A stretch of 49,064 bases of DNA, taken from the NCBI GenBank assembly GCA_022710345.1, contig JAKLHB010000001.1:1-49064 (forward strand), in the 5' to 3' direction. Made by a program: the position numbers and the translations under genes. Within the stretch, counting starts at the first letter, position 1; the number at the start of each line of letters is the position of its first letter. The DNA comes from Planctomycetota bacterium (lineage in GTDB: Bacteria > Planctomycetota > Uabimicrobiia > Uabimicrobiales > JABWCH01). Positions 17,561-26,614 of this stretch are shown here, in pieces. The notes under the pieces are model-generated. The model made no database searches, was not told the origin of the DNA, and saw only the letters and a program-made list of their open reading frames with translations.

Positions 17561-20500
17561 TTATGAGAGCATGATTTTTTCGGAAACTTTTTTCAGAATT
17601 GTATTGATTTTCTCCAGTTGCTTGGGATTCGGAATGTTTCCAGCAAGCTCGATGCGTAGATGGAATTGGAGGCCACATCCGGCTGTTTCTTGGAGAAGCT
17701 CGCCCATCACTTCGGCGAGATTTTGTAATTCTTCAGGCTTGATAGCTACTTCTGCAATAGGAACGCCAGATTTTTTTGGCTTACCAGGTTGAAGTGGTAC
17801 TAACGAGTCTTCTTTTATAGGGATACGGAGTTTTATTTTGTTGGCTTCTGCCAGAGTGGTTCCAAACGTATGCATACCTGAATCGAGGGTGCATTCCAGA
17901 AGATGAGATTGGATCGCACCCTGGATGGCTTCTCGTACCGTAGGCCAGGGCAAAATTTTTCCACCCTTCTGGGATAAAGCGGAAAAGATGGCTACTGCCG
18001 TTGTTTCTTGTGCCTGCCATGCGCCAGGAAGCTTTTCTGGCATAATGTCATCCATTGGAATGGCCGGCGGTGGCGGTTGTAATCTTGCCGATTCCCAGAG
18101 AAGCCCATTGGGAATCTCTTCGCCCAGTATACTGGCTTCCTGGCAGGTAAGCCAAAGTTTCCCTTCTGCGACCGCTTTTTTCACTGCATTCTGAACTACA
18201 GCTTTGTCCGCTTGGGGAATGGTGACAGATTCTTCATAGCCTTGCTTGGGAACCTGGATAGTGACTCCGGAGAAGTATTGGCATAGATTTTCCAGAGCAA
18301 TCTCAGGATTTTGCCAGAGGCTAGGCAGTTTTCCTGGTGATAAAAAAGACGTGGGTATATCACTTAAGGTGGCGTGTTCGGGTAATACCACTTCCAACGC
18401 TGGATCTTGGAAAGAACTTTCGTCCGGTTCCTCATGCCAAAAGGTCTTTTTCGTGTGATCCGGACGGTTCAATTGAAGTACAAAGAAACCTTCCCTTGCC
18501 CCTTGTACAAGCGTATCCAAAATTTTTTTCGACCGCAACATCTTGGGAAGGTGAGGAAACTGGGCAAACGCATTTACCAGGTCTTTGACACGACGCGAGT
18601 GTTCTCCTTCACGCCAAAGGTCGTAAGGGCCTCCTGGTAGAAGAGCATCTGCGCTGATCTCACTATCCTGAATGCGCACCTCTTTGGTCTGTTTAATCAA
18701 GGAGAATAGCGGCTGATCTTGGATTACGAGCTTGATAGCCTGGATTTCATTCTTCTCGCCTACTGCGACCACAATCGAATAAGCCTGCCGAATCATGTCA
18801 GTAATTTTCTTGCGGGCCGATTCGAGATTGCTGTTGAGGAGCTCTTGCCGGATCGGGTCTAGCTCCTCTTTTTTAAACTGCAACCGCACTTCCTCCCAGC
18901 CCAGATATTCTCGAATGGTATTACGGCAGATATCCAGGCCGTCTTTGGAAGGAACCGCCAATACAATGCTGTTGCGAAAGACCCTGGGCCGATCCGAGGA
19001 GGTAGTTTCTTCGAGAAACCGTCTGGCCTCTGGGTTAGGCTTTCCTGGATCCGAGGCGGCACTCGGGCCAAGAATGGCAAAATGAAAATCGCCGTCATCT
19101 TCTATATCCTTCGGCTTCATCGGCAAGGTATGAACTTTTACTCCCAGTCCTATGGCCCCTTCTTTTAAGCTTTTGATTTTGGGGATTTCGACGATCAACC
19201 TGGATTCGATGACCTCCGGCACTATCCTTAGACAGGCATCGTGGTGCATCTGCTTGAGATTGGGCCTGGAACCTAGCCGCCATGATTTAGGAAGCTTAAG
19301 GCTTTCACCCGTTGCCAGCGCAGCCATGCTTTCGTCCAGGAACCAGGAAATCTGCGCCCAACGGATCAATCCTTTTTCTAGCTCAATCTTATCTGGATGA
19401 GTTGCACCCAAAAGTAGCAACAAATCCCGAGTGAGCGCTTTTTGGCTAATTGGCTGGGAATGCAAAAAGGTAGCTACTACCGCTTGTTCGATCTCCCGGT
19501 GAGACAAAGCGACCTCTTTCTGGATTTCTCTGGCTTTTGTCAGTTCCCCTTCTAAGATGCCTGCCCATGCCTGTTTTTTGCCTTCATACTCTTCCGTAGC
19601 CGCGACATTCGCCAATTCTTGTGCCGCTTCCGAAAGGTCTTTGAAGCCAGGCTTTCCTAAAAAGATGTTGGCACCAATCAGAGGAGAATCGTCCCATTTC
19701 TCCGCTTCCCGCAGAGCTAGAGCAAAGGTTCTGAGAACACCACGTGTGCGCTGGAAACCTTCCAGATTTGTCCATTTGGTATAAAAAATTTCGGTAAGGT
19801 CGGGATGGAAAGGATAGCTCAGGAAGAATCGTTCCTCCGCCTGTTTGCCTTCTTTGCGCGTCTGGTCGTCCAGTTCCCCAATGCCTTTTAAAGCTGCCAC
19901 CAGATGGCAGCGGAAATGGTCTTTGCACTGGATGCTTTCCGGGGTAAAAAAACGCCGACGCAGCACCTCGGCCACATCTTCCTTAACCACCGGCTGGATG
20001 CCTTCCTCACTTTCGCGGCGGAAGATGGAATAAATTTCTTGGGTTAGCTCTTTTCCCAATGTATCGCTTTTTCTTGGATCTGTTGCCAAGAGAGAGGCAA
20101 CCACAGCACAAGAGTCCACCTTGGTAGCCGCCTGGGTCAGGCACTGGAAAAAATTGAGCAACTTGCCACGCCAATTGGGATCCAAAGCCACCTTCTCTCG
20201 TGCATACATCAAAACCTCATCGCAAAGAATCAGAGTGCTGAGGTTTTCCTGCGCAGGCATGCTCAACAGGTCCAGAAGAAGATTTTCTGCCGGGGCACTT
20301 TCCCTTTCCTCCTCCTCTCCCCTGACATGAAGCAGTTTCAGGCCATTTTTACCTGCCAATTGAAATGCCAGAATACTCCACGGATTTTTGAGCCATTTCC
20401 GAGTTCCATCCATGCCCAATACTTCCATGCCTTTTTCCACATCCAGCTTATCAAAAGCCAGAACAGCGATTCGAGCTTGTGCTGGACTGATGCCAATATG

Positions 20501-20860
20501 CTGGCAGAACTCCTGCACGGCAGGCAGAGTGGGCAAATGCTTGGGATCATGGACAAGATGGTATAAGGTGATAAGCGCGTGCGTTTTGCCACCACCATAG
20601 GTAAGTTCCAGTTGATGCACTGCCTTGGCATTTTTCTTAGCCAATCGTAATACCACATCTTTGGCCAGTTCACGTAGATTATAGGTAGGATAGGTCAAAG
20701 AAAAAAACTCCGTAGGGTCTTCATATTGCGAACGCCGATTCTTCTTCATCGCCACATCGTATAAATCAGCAGCAAATAGGGAAAGCGAAAGCTCTCCCGA
20801 CCGGAGTTCCTCCCGAAGGTGGACTACTTCATGCCATGGTTTCCAGGAAAGTTTTGTCAT
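17561..20860 (-). CDS. DUF499-family ATPase (large P-loop protein of helicase-methylase-ATPase type defence cassettes)
   Basis: The N-terminus (KPWHEVVHLREEL...LFAADLYDV...FFSLTYPTYNLREL...LELTYGGGKTHALITLYHL) matches my memory of the DUF499 signature. 1099 aa. Confidence 0.8.
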   Translation of the reverse strand: MTKLSWKPWHEVVHLREELRSGELSLSLFAADLYDVAMKKNRRSQYEDPTEFFSLTYPTYNLRELAKDVVLRLAKKNAKAVHQLELTYGGGKTHALITLYHLVHDPKHLPTLPAVQEFCQHIGISPAQARIAVLAFDKLDVEKGMEVLGMDGTRKWLKNPWSILAFQLAGKNGLKLLHVRGEEEERESAPAENLLLDLLSMPAQENLSTLILCDEVLMYAREKVALDPNWRGKLLNFFQCLTQAATKVDSCAVVASLLATDPRKSDTLGKELTQEIYSIFRRESEEGIQPVVKEDVAEVLRRRFFTPESIQCKDHFRCHLVAALKGIGELDDQTRKEGKQAEERFFLSYPFHPDLTEIFYTKWTNLEGFQRTRGVLRTFALALREAEKWDDSPLIGANIFLGKPGFKDLSEAAQELANVAATEEYEGKKQAWAGILEGELTKAREIQKEVALSHREIEQAVVATFLHSQPISQKALTRDLLLLLGATHPDKIELEKGLIRWAQISWFLDESMAALATGESLKLPKSWRLGSRPNLKQMHHDACLRIVPEVIESRLIVEIPKIKSLKEGAIGLGVKVHTLPMKPKDIEDDGDFHFAILGPSAASDPGKPNPEARRFLEETTSSDRPRVFRNSIVLAVPSKDGLDICRNTIREYLGWEEVRLQFKKEELDPIRQELLNSNLESARKKITDMIRQAYSIVVAVGEKNEIQAIKLVIQDQPLFSLIKQTKEVRIQDSEISADALLPGGPYDLWREGEHSRRVKDLVNAFAQFPHLPKMLRSKKILDTLVQGAREGFFVLQLNRPDHTKKTFWHEEPDESSFQDPALEVVLPEHATLSDIPTSFLSPGKLPSLWQNPEIALENLCQYFSGVTIQVPKQGYEESVTIPQADKAVVQNAVKKAVAEGKLWLTCQEASILGEEIPNGLLWESARLQPPPPAIPMDDIMPEKLPGAWQAQETTAVAIFSALSQKGGKILPWPTVREAIQGAIQSHLLECTLDSGMHTFGTTLAEANKIKLRIPIKEDSLVPLQPGKPKKSGVPIAEVAIKPEELQNLAEVMGELLQETAGCGLQFHLRIELAGNIPNPKQLEKINTILKKVSEKIMLS

Positions 20861-21212
20861 ATATGGATTCTCCTATTATCTTTTCTACTTCCATCAATTC
20901 CTTTATAAGATAGGGCAAATCTTTTTCGATGATATTCCAAATAACATTCATATCAACATGAAAATGTCCATGGATTAAACGGTCTCTAGTTCCTATAATG
21001 CCTTTCCAAGGAATTCGAGTAAATTCTTTGGAAGTTTCTGGAGATATCTTTTTCGCCGCTTCGCCTATCATTTCCAGAAGTCTTAAAACAGCAAGAACCA
21101 GCACTTCTTCATTCTCAAATTCTTGTCTTGTTTTTCCATCAATAAATTTTATTACTTTTTGGCTTGCGTCTAACATATGGCGAATGCGAATTCTGTCTTC
21201 ATGATTGAACAT
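20829..21212 (-). CDS. hepT: HEPN-domain (DUF86) toxin of an MNT/HEPN pair
   Basis: R-x4-H motif in GTRDRLIHGH. About 127 aa. 14-nt overlap with the upstream MNT gene, and the 3' end overlaps the DUF499 start by 32 nt. Confidence 0.85.
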   Translation of the reverse strand: MFNHEDRIRIRHMLDASQKVIKFIDGKTRQEFENEEVLVLAVLRLLEMIGEAAKKISPETSKEFTRIPWKGIIGTRDRLIHGHFHVDMNVIWNIIEKDLPYLIKELMEVEKIIGESIYDKTFLETMA

Positions 21213-21498
21213 ATTCTACCTGGGCTTCTTTTATTACAGCATCACGAAAATATGGACTTAGAAAATCAACCGTATTCAAATCCACTTTTCTTCCGAGCAT
21301 AGAAGAAAGGCTATCTTGTAGCTCAAAAAAAGCAAAACCTGGAGTATGCCCAGATTCAAACTCTACCAATATGTCAATATCACTCTCTGGGCCAAAATCG
21401 TCCCTCAAAACCGAGCCAAATAAGGCAAACTTTTTAATATGATGGACTCTACAAAAATCACTGATTTCCTTTTTCGGAATAAGAATGTTTTTATTCAT
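21199..21498 (-). CDS. mntA: Minimal nucleotidyltransferase (MNT) antitoxin
   Basis: LFGSVLRDDFGPESDIDILVEF (GS-x9-D-x-D). AGGA RBS upstream of the ATG at 21498. The track start at 21534 has no RBS. Confidence 0.85.
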   Translation of the reverse strand: MNKNILIPKKEISDFCRVHHIKKFALFGSVLRDDFGPESDIDILVEFESGHTPGFAFFELQDSLSSMLGRKVDLNTVDFLSPYFRDAVIKEAQVEYVQS

Positions 21499-21561
21499 AA
21501 AACAGTTCCTGTAGTTTAGTATTTTCTGGATCATTAGGGAAGTTTTGTCATAGGGATGCTC

Positions 21562-21798
21562 CTAAAACCTTGTAATTTCTACATAATGGTGTTTTTGACG
21601 TGCCTCTTGCACCATATTTTCCAATCGGGCTGCTACGTCATCTGGAATCCATTCGTTTCCGCACATAGAGCATAAACTAGCAGGTACATCCCTGATTACC
21701 ACGAGACCCTCACCAAAGTCTGTTGTAAAAGTGGTTTTACCTTGTTTTTTTGTTCCACCACACAAGGGACATTGGTCAGGCAAAGTCGCAAGTTTCAT
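21562..21798 (-). CDS. YgiT-type (MqsA N-terminal-like) zinc-finger protein, 78 aa
   Basis: CPLCGG...(27 aa)...CSMCGNEW, a two-CxxC zinc ribbon. gggagaag RBS. No adjacent toxin-like partner. Confidence 0.7.
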   Translation of the reverse strand: MKLATLPDQCPLCGGTKKQGKTTFTTDFGEGLVVIRDVPASLCSMCGNEWIPDDVAARLENMVQEARQKHHYVEITRF

Positions 21799-21816
21799 AA
21801 CTTTCTTCTCCCATTG

Positions 21817-22570
21817 CTAATTTTCTGTCTTCTCAATCCAGGTATCTTGTTTATTCGTGTTCTCTCTCCCCTTTGCTACCAGATGGTTGCTGATGCTTTC
21901 GAGGAGGGATCTTTCTTTGGTGCCATTTTCGGAGAGTTCGATGAGTGCCTGGAGAAATCGGGGGAATATGGCGAGCCTACGCAGTCCTCGAGATTCGAGG
22001 TATTCGTCTACTTTGGCCACATCTCCTTCTTTCCAGAGGTGCATGATGCGATGGATCTGGTCAATCAAAGGAATGGGAAGGTTGTGAGCGGTGGAATAGC
22101 CCATGTTTTTTTGTTTGCGTTGGACCCAGGTTTTGAGCTTGAGTTGGGAGCCGGTGCCTTTGGAAATTGGTTCGTCTTCTTTCATTTCCTCTGCATCGTC
22201 TGCATCGTCTGCATCATCTTCGTCCTCTGTGGTGGAAGATTGCTTCCCCCCGGTGCGAGCCAGAATGTCGTACTGCTCTGTCAGGTCCCGATCCGACAAT
22301 CCACAAGACAGGGAATACAGGATGCACACACCGCTGGGAACCTCATCCATGCCAAAGTCGTGGCGGTGCAAAAGGTAGTATGAGTGCTGCTCGACAAGCG
22401 GCCAGCGGTCTGCGCGCCGGCCAAATATGCAAGGTGGAAATATGCCCATGCCGGACATTCTTCTCATGCACAGAATCCAAAGAAGCCTGCTTCAAGGGAA
22501 ACGCCACCTCGATCAGACGAGGCTGATCGTTGCTTGGTTTATCATTCATCGAAATTGATCCTTTCGGCAT
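21817..22570 (-). pseudogene. DUF1156-family DNA methylase remnant: N-terminal and C-terminal pieces only, in two frames
   Basis: ORF 22343-22570 encodes [45 protein letters not shown] (DUF1156 signature) and then stops. ORF 21817-22467, in another frame, carries a typical C-terminal helix region (LIDQIHRIMHLWKEGDV...FLQALIELS). No SAM-binding or catalytic motifs fit in the about 250 codons available. Confidence 0.7.
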
Positions 22571-22617
22571 CGTTACTTATTTGTTGTCATCACCATCCAT
22601 GGCGCACATTCACGTTC

Positions 22618-22794
22618 TCACAACAGAATCGCCCTTTGAATCGTATCTACCTCTTGCGTTTCAAAATATGCCTCTCCACACTGGGTACATACCCAGGCAG
22701 GAATTTGATTCCAAACGATATGATACCCCTTTCGATCCAAATAAAATGGAGCCGTGCTTTTTTCCATAATGCCTTTGCAATAAATGCATTCCAT
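22618..22794 (-). CDS. YgiT-type zinc-finger protein, 58 aa (not in the ORF track)
   Basis: AGGAGG lies 7 nt upstream of the ATG at 22794. MECIYCKGIMEKSTAPFYLDRKGYHIVWNQIPAWVCTQCGEAYFETQEVDTIQRAILL has CxxC...CxxCGE. TGA at 22618-22620. Confidence 0.65.
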   Translation of the reverse strand: MECIYCKGIMEKSTAPFYLDRKGYHIVWNQIPAWVCTQCGEAYFETQEVDTIQRAILL

Positions 22795-22852
22795 ACTATA
22801 TCCTCCTTCGAAAATCTGCTTACTTTTTCCAAAATTTGCACATCAACCAATT

Positions 22853-25800
22853 TTAGTCCCCTTCCTCCATCTGCCATATTTCCTCTGCTGCTATCACCAC
22901 GCCGCCTCGGGGCTGTCCCAATAGTCTTCCAAATGGATCTTGGATACGCAAGAGCCTTGGGTGGGGTGTAGCGCAATCAAAGACTACATATAGCCAATAA
23001 CGGGAGCGCAGGTTGCAGGCTTTCACCCATTCATTGGTGGAAAGCTCGATATTACCTATATTGGCACGGCCTTTGACCTCGATGGCGCGCTCTTCTCCGT
23101 CCGGACGCTTCGAAACGAGATCAAAACCGGGCCAATGGACAAGCCCGCAAGCCTTTGCTTTCTCTGGCGTGGAAACGTCGCTGACTTGCGCGCCTTTGGA
23201 TTGTTCATGCGCAATGGCGATTTGCATGGCTATTTTTTCCATGTTTTCGTCGTATCTTTGCCCATCGTTTTCGTTATATGCTTGCTGATCTTGCAAGCCT
23301 TGTGGAGGAACTACCAGGGCAAATGCTAGAAAGGTTACCTTCTGCGATACGATCAATTCTGGCTCTCGGGCCAATCGTCGCAGGCTGTTTTCCAATTGGT
23401 GTCCCAAAAGTTTCTGGCGTTCTTTAATTCGCAAGAGTTCTGCCTTGGCTTCTGGATATCCAGCTCGCTCTTTCTCCGTCAACCTGGCTCGAATCATTGC
23501 CAATTCCGCAGATTGGAAATCATAACCGCGTTTGATAAAATTCTGCCTTTCCTCCAAAGCGTCTAGAAGAACCTGTCGTCGCGCCTTAGCAATGGGGAAT
23601 GCGATCTGCTGCAGGATATAAGCCTTGACTCGATCTAAGGAATTTGTAGCCAGGCTGGCAAACGAAATCTCGGCTTCCGGAACCCGCTGTGTGCCTTGCA
23701 GCAGCAATAGAGCTTCGACCGGGCATTCTTCTAAAGTTCCATTCTTATTCTGCCGAATCCCTACCAGCCTGTATTCGAGCACTTCCTTACGAGCGAAGGA
23801 CGGGATCTCAGAATCCGCCTCCCGCTCCACAGTAAAGACTGCCAGATAAAAAAGGTACGCTTCTGGAGCATGGGGGTTGATGAACACGCCGCCTTGTAGT
23901 GCCTCTGGACGAAAGAACGAGCAGACAAAGCTACGAAACTTATCAAAGAAAGGATCCCCAGGACGCAAGAAAATCGCGGAGTTGGGATCAGAAGGCTTGC
24001 AAACAGTAAAATGCTCCTGCTGCGAAGGCAAATAAGCATCCAAAGCATAGAGAAGAAATTCCAGCTTAGGAGGAAACGAGGTAAAGCAAAAATGATCCAT
24101 GCTTCCCTTCATGCCGATTCCCAATAACTCAGCCGCCTTTTCCATGAACCAGTAAACATAGCCAGGCAAAAGATGGTAATATTCTTCTGGATCCATAGCC
24201 CCGCTGGCGGTATTTTTATGATTTTCCTCTGCGGTGAGATGATTGTCCTCTACATCGCAAATTTCCCGCAGCCTTTTTACCGAGACCAGTTCCTCTATTT
24301 TTTTCTCGATCTCTGTGGTTCCTTCCTCGGTAATGGTCTGTTCCATATATTCCTTAAGGGAGATTCCTTCCAACAGCCTGCCGATGCAATCGAATACCTT
24401 GTCCGATCCAAGTTCTTTGCGAATCGTTTCCAGCTTCTTTAAAAGAGTGGCCAGTACCCTGCCTTCCCGGGTGTTTTTGGCGACCAGATTGAGGATCACG
24501 ACCGGATCGTGTTTCTGTCCGTAGCGGTGGATTCGGCCCATCCTTTGCTCTAAGCGGGCTGGATTCCAAGGGATATCGTAGTTGATCATAAGCCAGCAAA
24601 ATTGGAGGTTGATTCCTTCTCCTGCCGCATCGGTTCCTATGAGATAGGTTGCGCCTCCTTCCGCTGCACTTTTCTGGAAAAACTTTACCTGCTCTTCCCG
24701 CTCTTCATACGGCATTCCACCATGAACCTGGGCAATTTTTTCCGTAAACCCAAGCCCTTCCATTCGTCGCACAAGGAAATGAAGCGTATCCCGATGCTCG
24801 GTAAAGATGATGATCTTTTCCTCGCGGTATTGCGGGTCTTGGAGAATCTCTTGCAGTTTGCTGAATTTCGATTCCTCCCCTTTCTGGTATACCCGTTCTG
24901 CCAAGTCTAGAACATTGGAAAGCTGCGATTTTTCTACCTCCAACTCAGCCAATGAAGTGGCTACTATGCCTTCGAGCAGATTGGTTTCGGCAATCTCATT
25001 TTCTTCCTGGCCCTCTTCTGCCTCTTCTTCCTCTGCGGTCTTTTGTTCCCAGACATCCGGATAATTATCGAGCTTACGTTGCAAAGCCATAAGCCCGGCG
25101 GAAGTAATTTTCCCTGAACGGATGGCTTCTATCCAATCTTCTAGCTTCTGAAGGCGGTTCTTTAAAGACTGCACAAGAGCGTAGGTGGAACTCGCCAGAC
25201 GACGCTGAAAAATCATCATGGCAAACCGCACCGCAGAGCGATTTAAAATACGTGCACGGTTGTAGAATGTCCTGAGATAGTCGCTGGTCTTGTCATAAAG
25301 CTCCTGTTCGCTGTCTTCGCCTGAGGTCAATTGATACGTCAATGTATCAGAGATGCGCATGGGATAAAGGGGAGTTCCATCCGCATTCACCATCTCCTCT
25401 TTCGTGCGTCTTAGAAAATGGTGATATCGAAAAGGTTTTCGTCCTTGAGTAGATCCAGGGCATAGATGACCCGAGTAATCACGAAATGATTCCCAGGTAG
25501 GAAAAATCTCGGGAACCAGGAGCTTCCAAAGCGCGTAATAGGGAAAATCTTTCCCCATGTGCGGAGTGGCTGTCAGCAGCAACAAATGCGTTGCATGCCA
25601 GGCAAGCCGCCATCTGGGATCACGGTCTGCAATGCCAGCAAGTGCTTCGGCAAGATGGTATCGTTCGGTCTTGCGCACTCGTAAATCTAGCTCACGATCT
25701 GCGGACAGTTTGTGCGCTTCGTCGAAAATTACCAAATCATAAGGAACCACCGTTTCCTCTTGCAAACGGCAGAACATAGTATCTCCAGCCAAAGTATCCA

Positions 25801-26512
25801 GACTGACAATGACAAAGTCGCTCTCTGGCCCGATAAAAGGATTAGCGGAACGAGCTTCGATGCCCCGGACAATATGAAATCTCAGACCAAATAAGGTTCT
25901 TAGCTCTCGTTCCCAGTTGCCAAGAAGCCCTGCTGGCGGGATAATCAAGACTCTTTTGATCGCTCTTCTGGCGATCATTTCCCGGATATATAAGCCGGAC
26001 ATGATGGTTTTGCCAGCACCGGCATCATCGGCCAGAAGGAAACGCAGGCAAGGCTCTGGTAGCAAATATTCATAGACGGCGACCCGTTGATGAGGCAAAG
26101 GGGCGATCAAAGAAGTCTCTGTGGCAAAAACCGGATTAAACAGATGCCCCAAACCAAGCCTTTCTCCTTCGGCCACCAGTCTTACCATTTCAGGATTCGC
26201 AGAAAAATCTGGGCTTACAGGCTCCGAAGGCTCTTCGGGCCTCTCTATTCCATAAACAGGGCTGGCCTCTTTGGCAATCGTAAGTTCCTGCGCACCATGT
26301 GAACTATACGCAGTCTCGGTATGCAAAATTCGCTGCCAGGCTACCATAGTAGGCTTGGCTTTGCCATTCTCCCAACGATTTATGGTGGCAAACGACACGC
26401 CCAAAATTTCTGCCAAATGGCTCTGCGTCAATCCATGCCTGGCTCGCAATCTTTTGATACGAATTGGATAATCAGACGGAACCTGGTATTTCAACGAACT
26501 ATCCTCGCTCAA
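22853..26512 (-). CDS. SNF2/RapA-like superfamily-2 helicase with N-terminal XRE-type HTH and C-terminal PD-(D/E)xK-like (DUF3883-like) domain
   Basis: HGLTQSHLAEILGVSFATINRWENG (HTH); LLADDAGAGKTI (motif I), FDEAHKL (II), LLLTATP (III), GTDAAGEGINLQ (V), WNPARLEQRMGRIHRYGQ (VI). C-terminus: DLVSKRPDGEERAIEVKG...YWLYVV. Only TTG starts are available (26512 or 26494). Confidence 0.9.
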   Translation of the reverse strand: MSEDSSLKYQVPSDYPIRIKRLRARHGLTQSHLAEILGVSFATINRWENGKAKPTMVAWQRILHTETAYSSHGAQELTIAKEASPVYGIERPEEPSEPVSPDFSANPEMVRLVAEGERLGLGHLFNPVFATETSLIAPLPHQRVAVYEYLLPEPCLRFLLADDAGAGKTIMSGLYIREMIARRAIKRVLIIPPAGLLGNWERELRTLFGLRFHIVRGIEARSANPFIGPESDFVIVSLDTLAGDTMFCRLQEETVVPYDLVIFDEAHKLSADRELDLRVRKTERYHLAEALAGIADRDPRWRLAWHATHLLLLTATPHMGKDFPYYALWKLLVPEIFPTWESFRDYSGHLCPGSTQGRKPFRYHHFLRRTKEEMVNADGTPLYPMRISDTLTYQLTSGEDSEQELYDKTSDYLRTFYNRARILNRSAVRFAMMIFQRRLASSTYALVQSLKNRLQKLEDWIEAIRSGKITSAGLMALQRKLDNYPDVWEQKTAEEEEAEEGQEENEIAETNLLEGIVATSLAELEVEKSQLSNVLDLAERVYQKGEESKFSKLQEILQDPQYREEKIIIFTEHRDTLHFLVRRMEGLGFTEKIAQVHGGMPYEEREEQVKFFQKSAAEGGATYLIGTDAAGEGINLQFCWLMINYDIPWNPARLEQRMGRIHRYGQKHDPVVILNLVAKNTREGRVLATLLKKLETIRKELGSDKVFDCIGRLLEGISLKEYMEQTITEEGTTEIEKKIEELVSVKRLREICDVEDNHLTAEENHKNTASGAMDPEEYYHLLPGYVYWFMEKAAELLGIGMKGSMDHFCFTSFPPKLEFLLYALDAYLPSQQEHFTVCKPSDPNSAIFLRPGDPFFDKFRSFVCSFFRPEALQGGVFINPHAPEAYLFYLAVFTVEREADSEIPSFARKEVLEYRLVGIRQNKNGTLEECPVEALLLLQGTQRVPEAEISFASLATNSLDRVKAYILQQIAFPIAKARRQVLLDALEERQNFIKRGYDFQSAELAMIRARLTEKERAGYPEAKAELLRIKERQKLLGHQLENSLRRLAREPELIVSQKVTFLAFALVVPPQGLQDQQAYNENDGQRYDENMEKIAMQIAIAHEQSKGAQVSDVSTPEKAKACGLVHWPGFDLVSKRPDGEERAIEVKGRANIGNIELSTNEWVKACNLRSRYWLYVVFDCATPHPRLLRIQDPFGRLLGQPRGGVVIAAEEIWQMEEGD

Positions 26513-26614
26513 AATAGTCTTCTGTTTGGGAATAGTAATACTGCCATTTCTTGCCGATTATGGACTAGATTGGGAAGCAAAAATTTCCTAGTTCATAGCA
26601 TTCCAAAAGGTTAT

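Noticed and set aside
21742-22971. Plus-strand ORFs of 195-213 aa (21742-22383 and 22384-22971) antisense to the methylase remnant region
   Set aside because: They are antisense shadows of minus-strand coding sequence, with low-complexity or odd composition, alternative starts and no RBS.
22647-22976. 109-aa minus-strand ORF overlapping the helicase 3' end and the small zinc-finger gene
   Set aside because: It is out of frame with two better-supported genes, has no RBS, and has no recognisable motifs.
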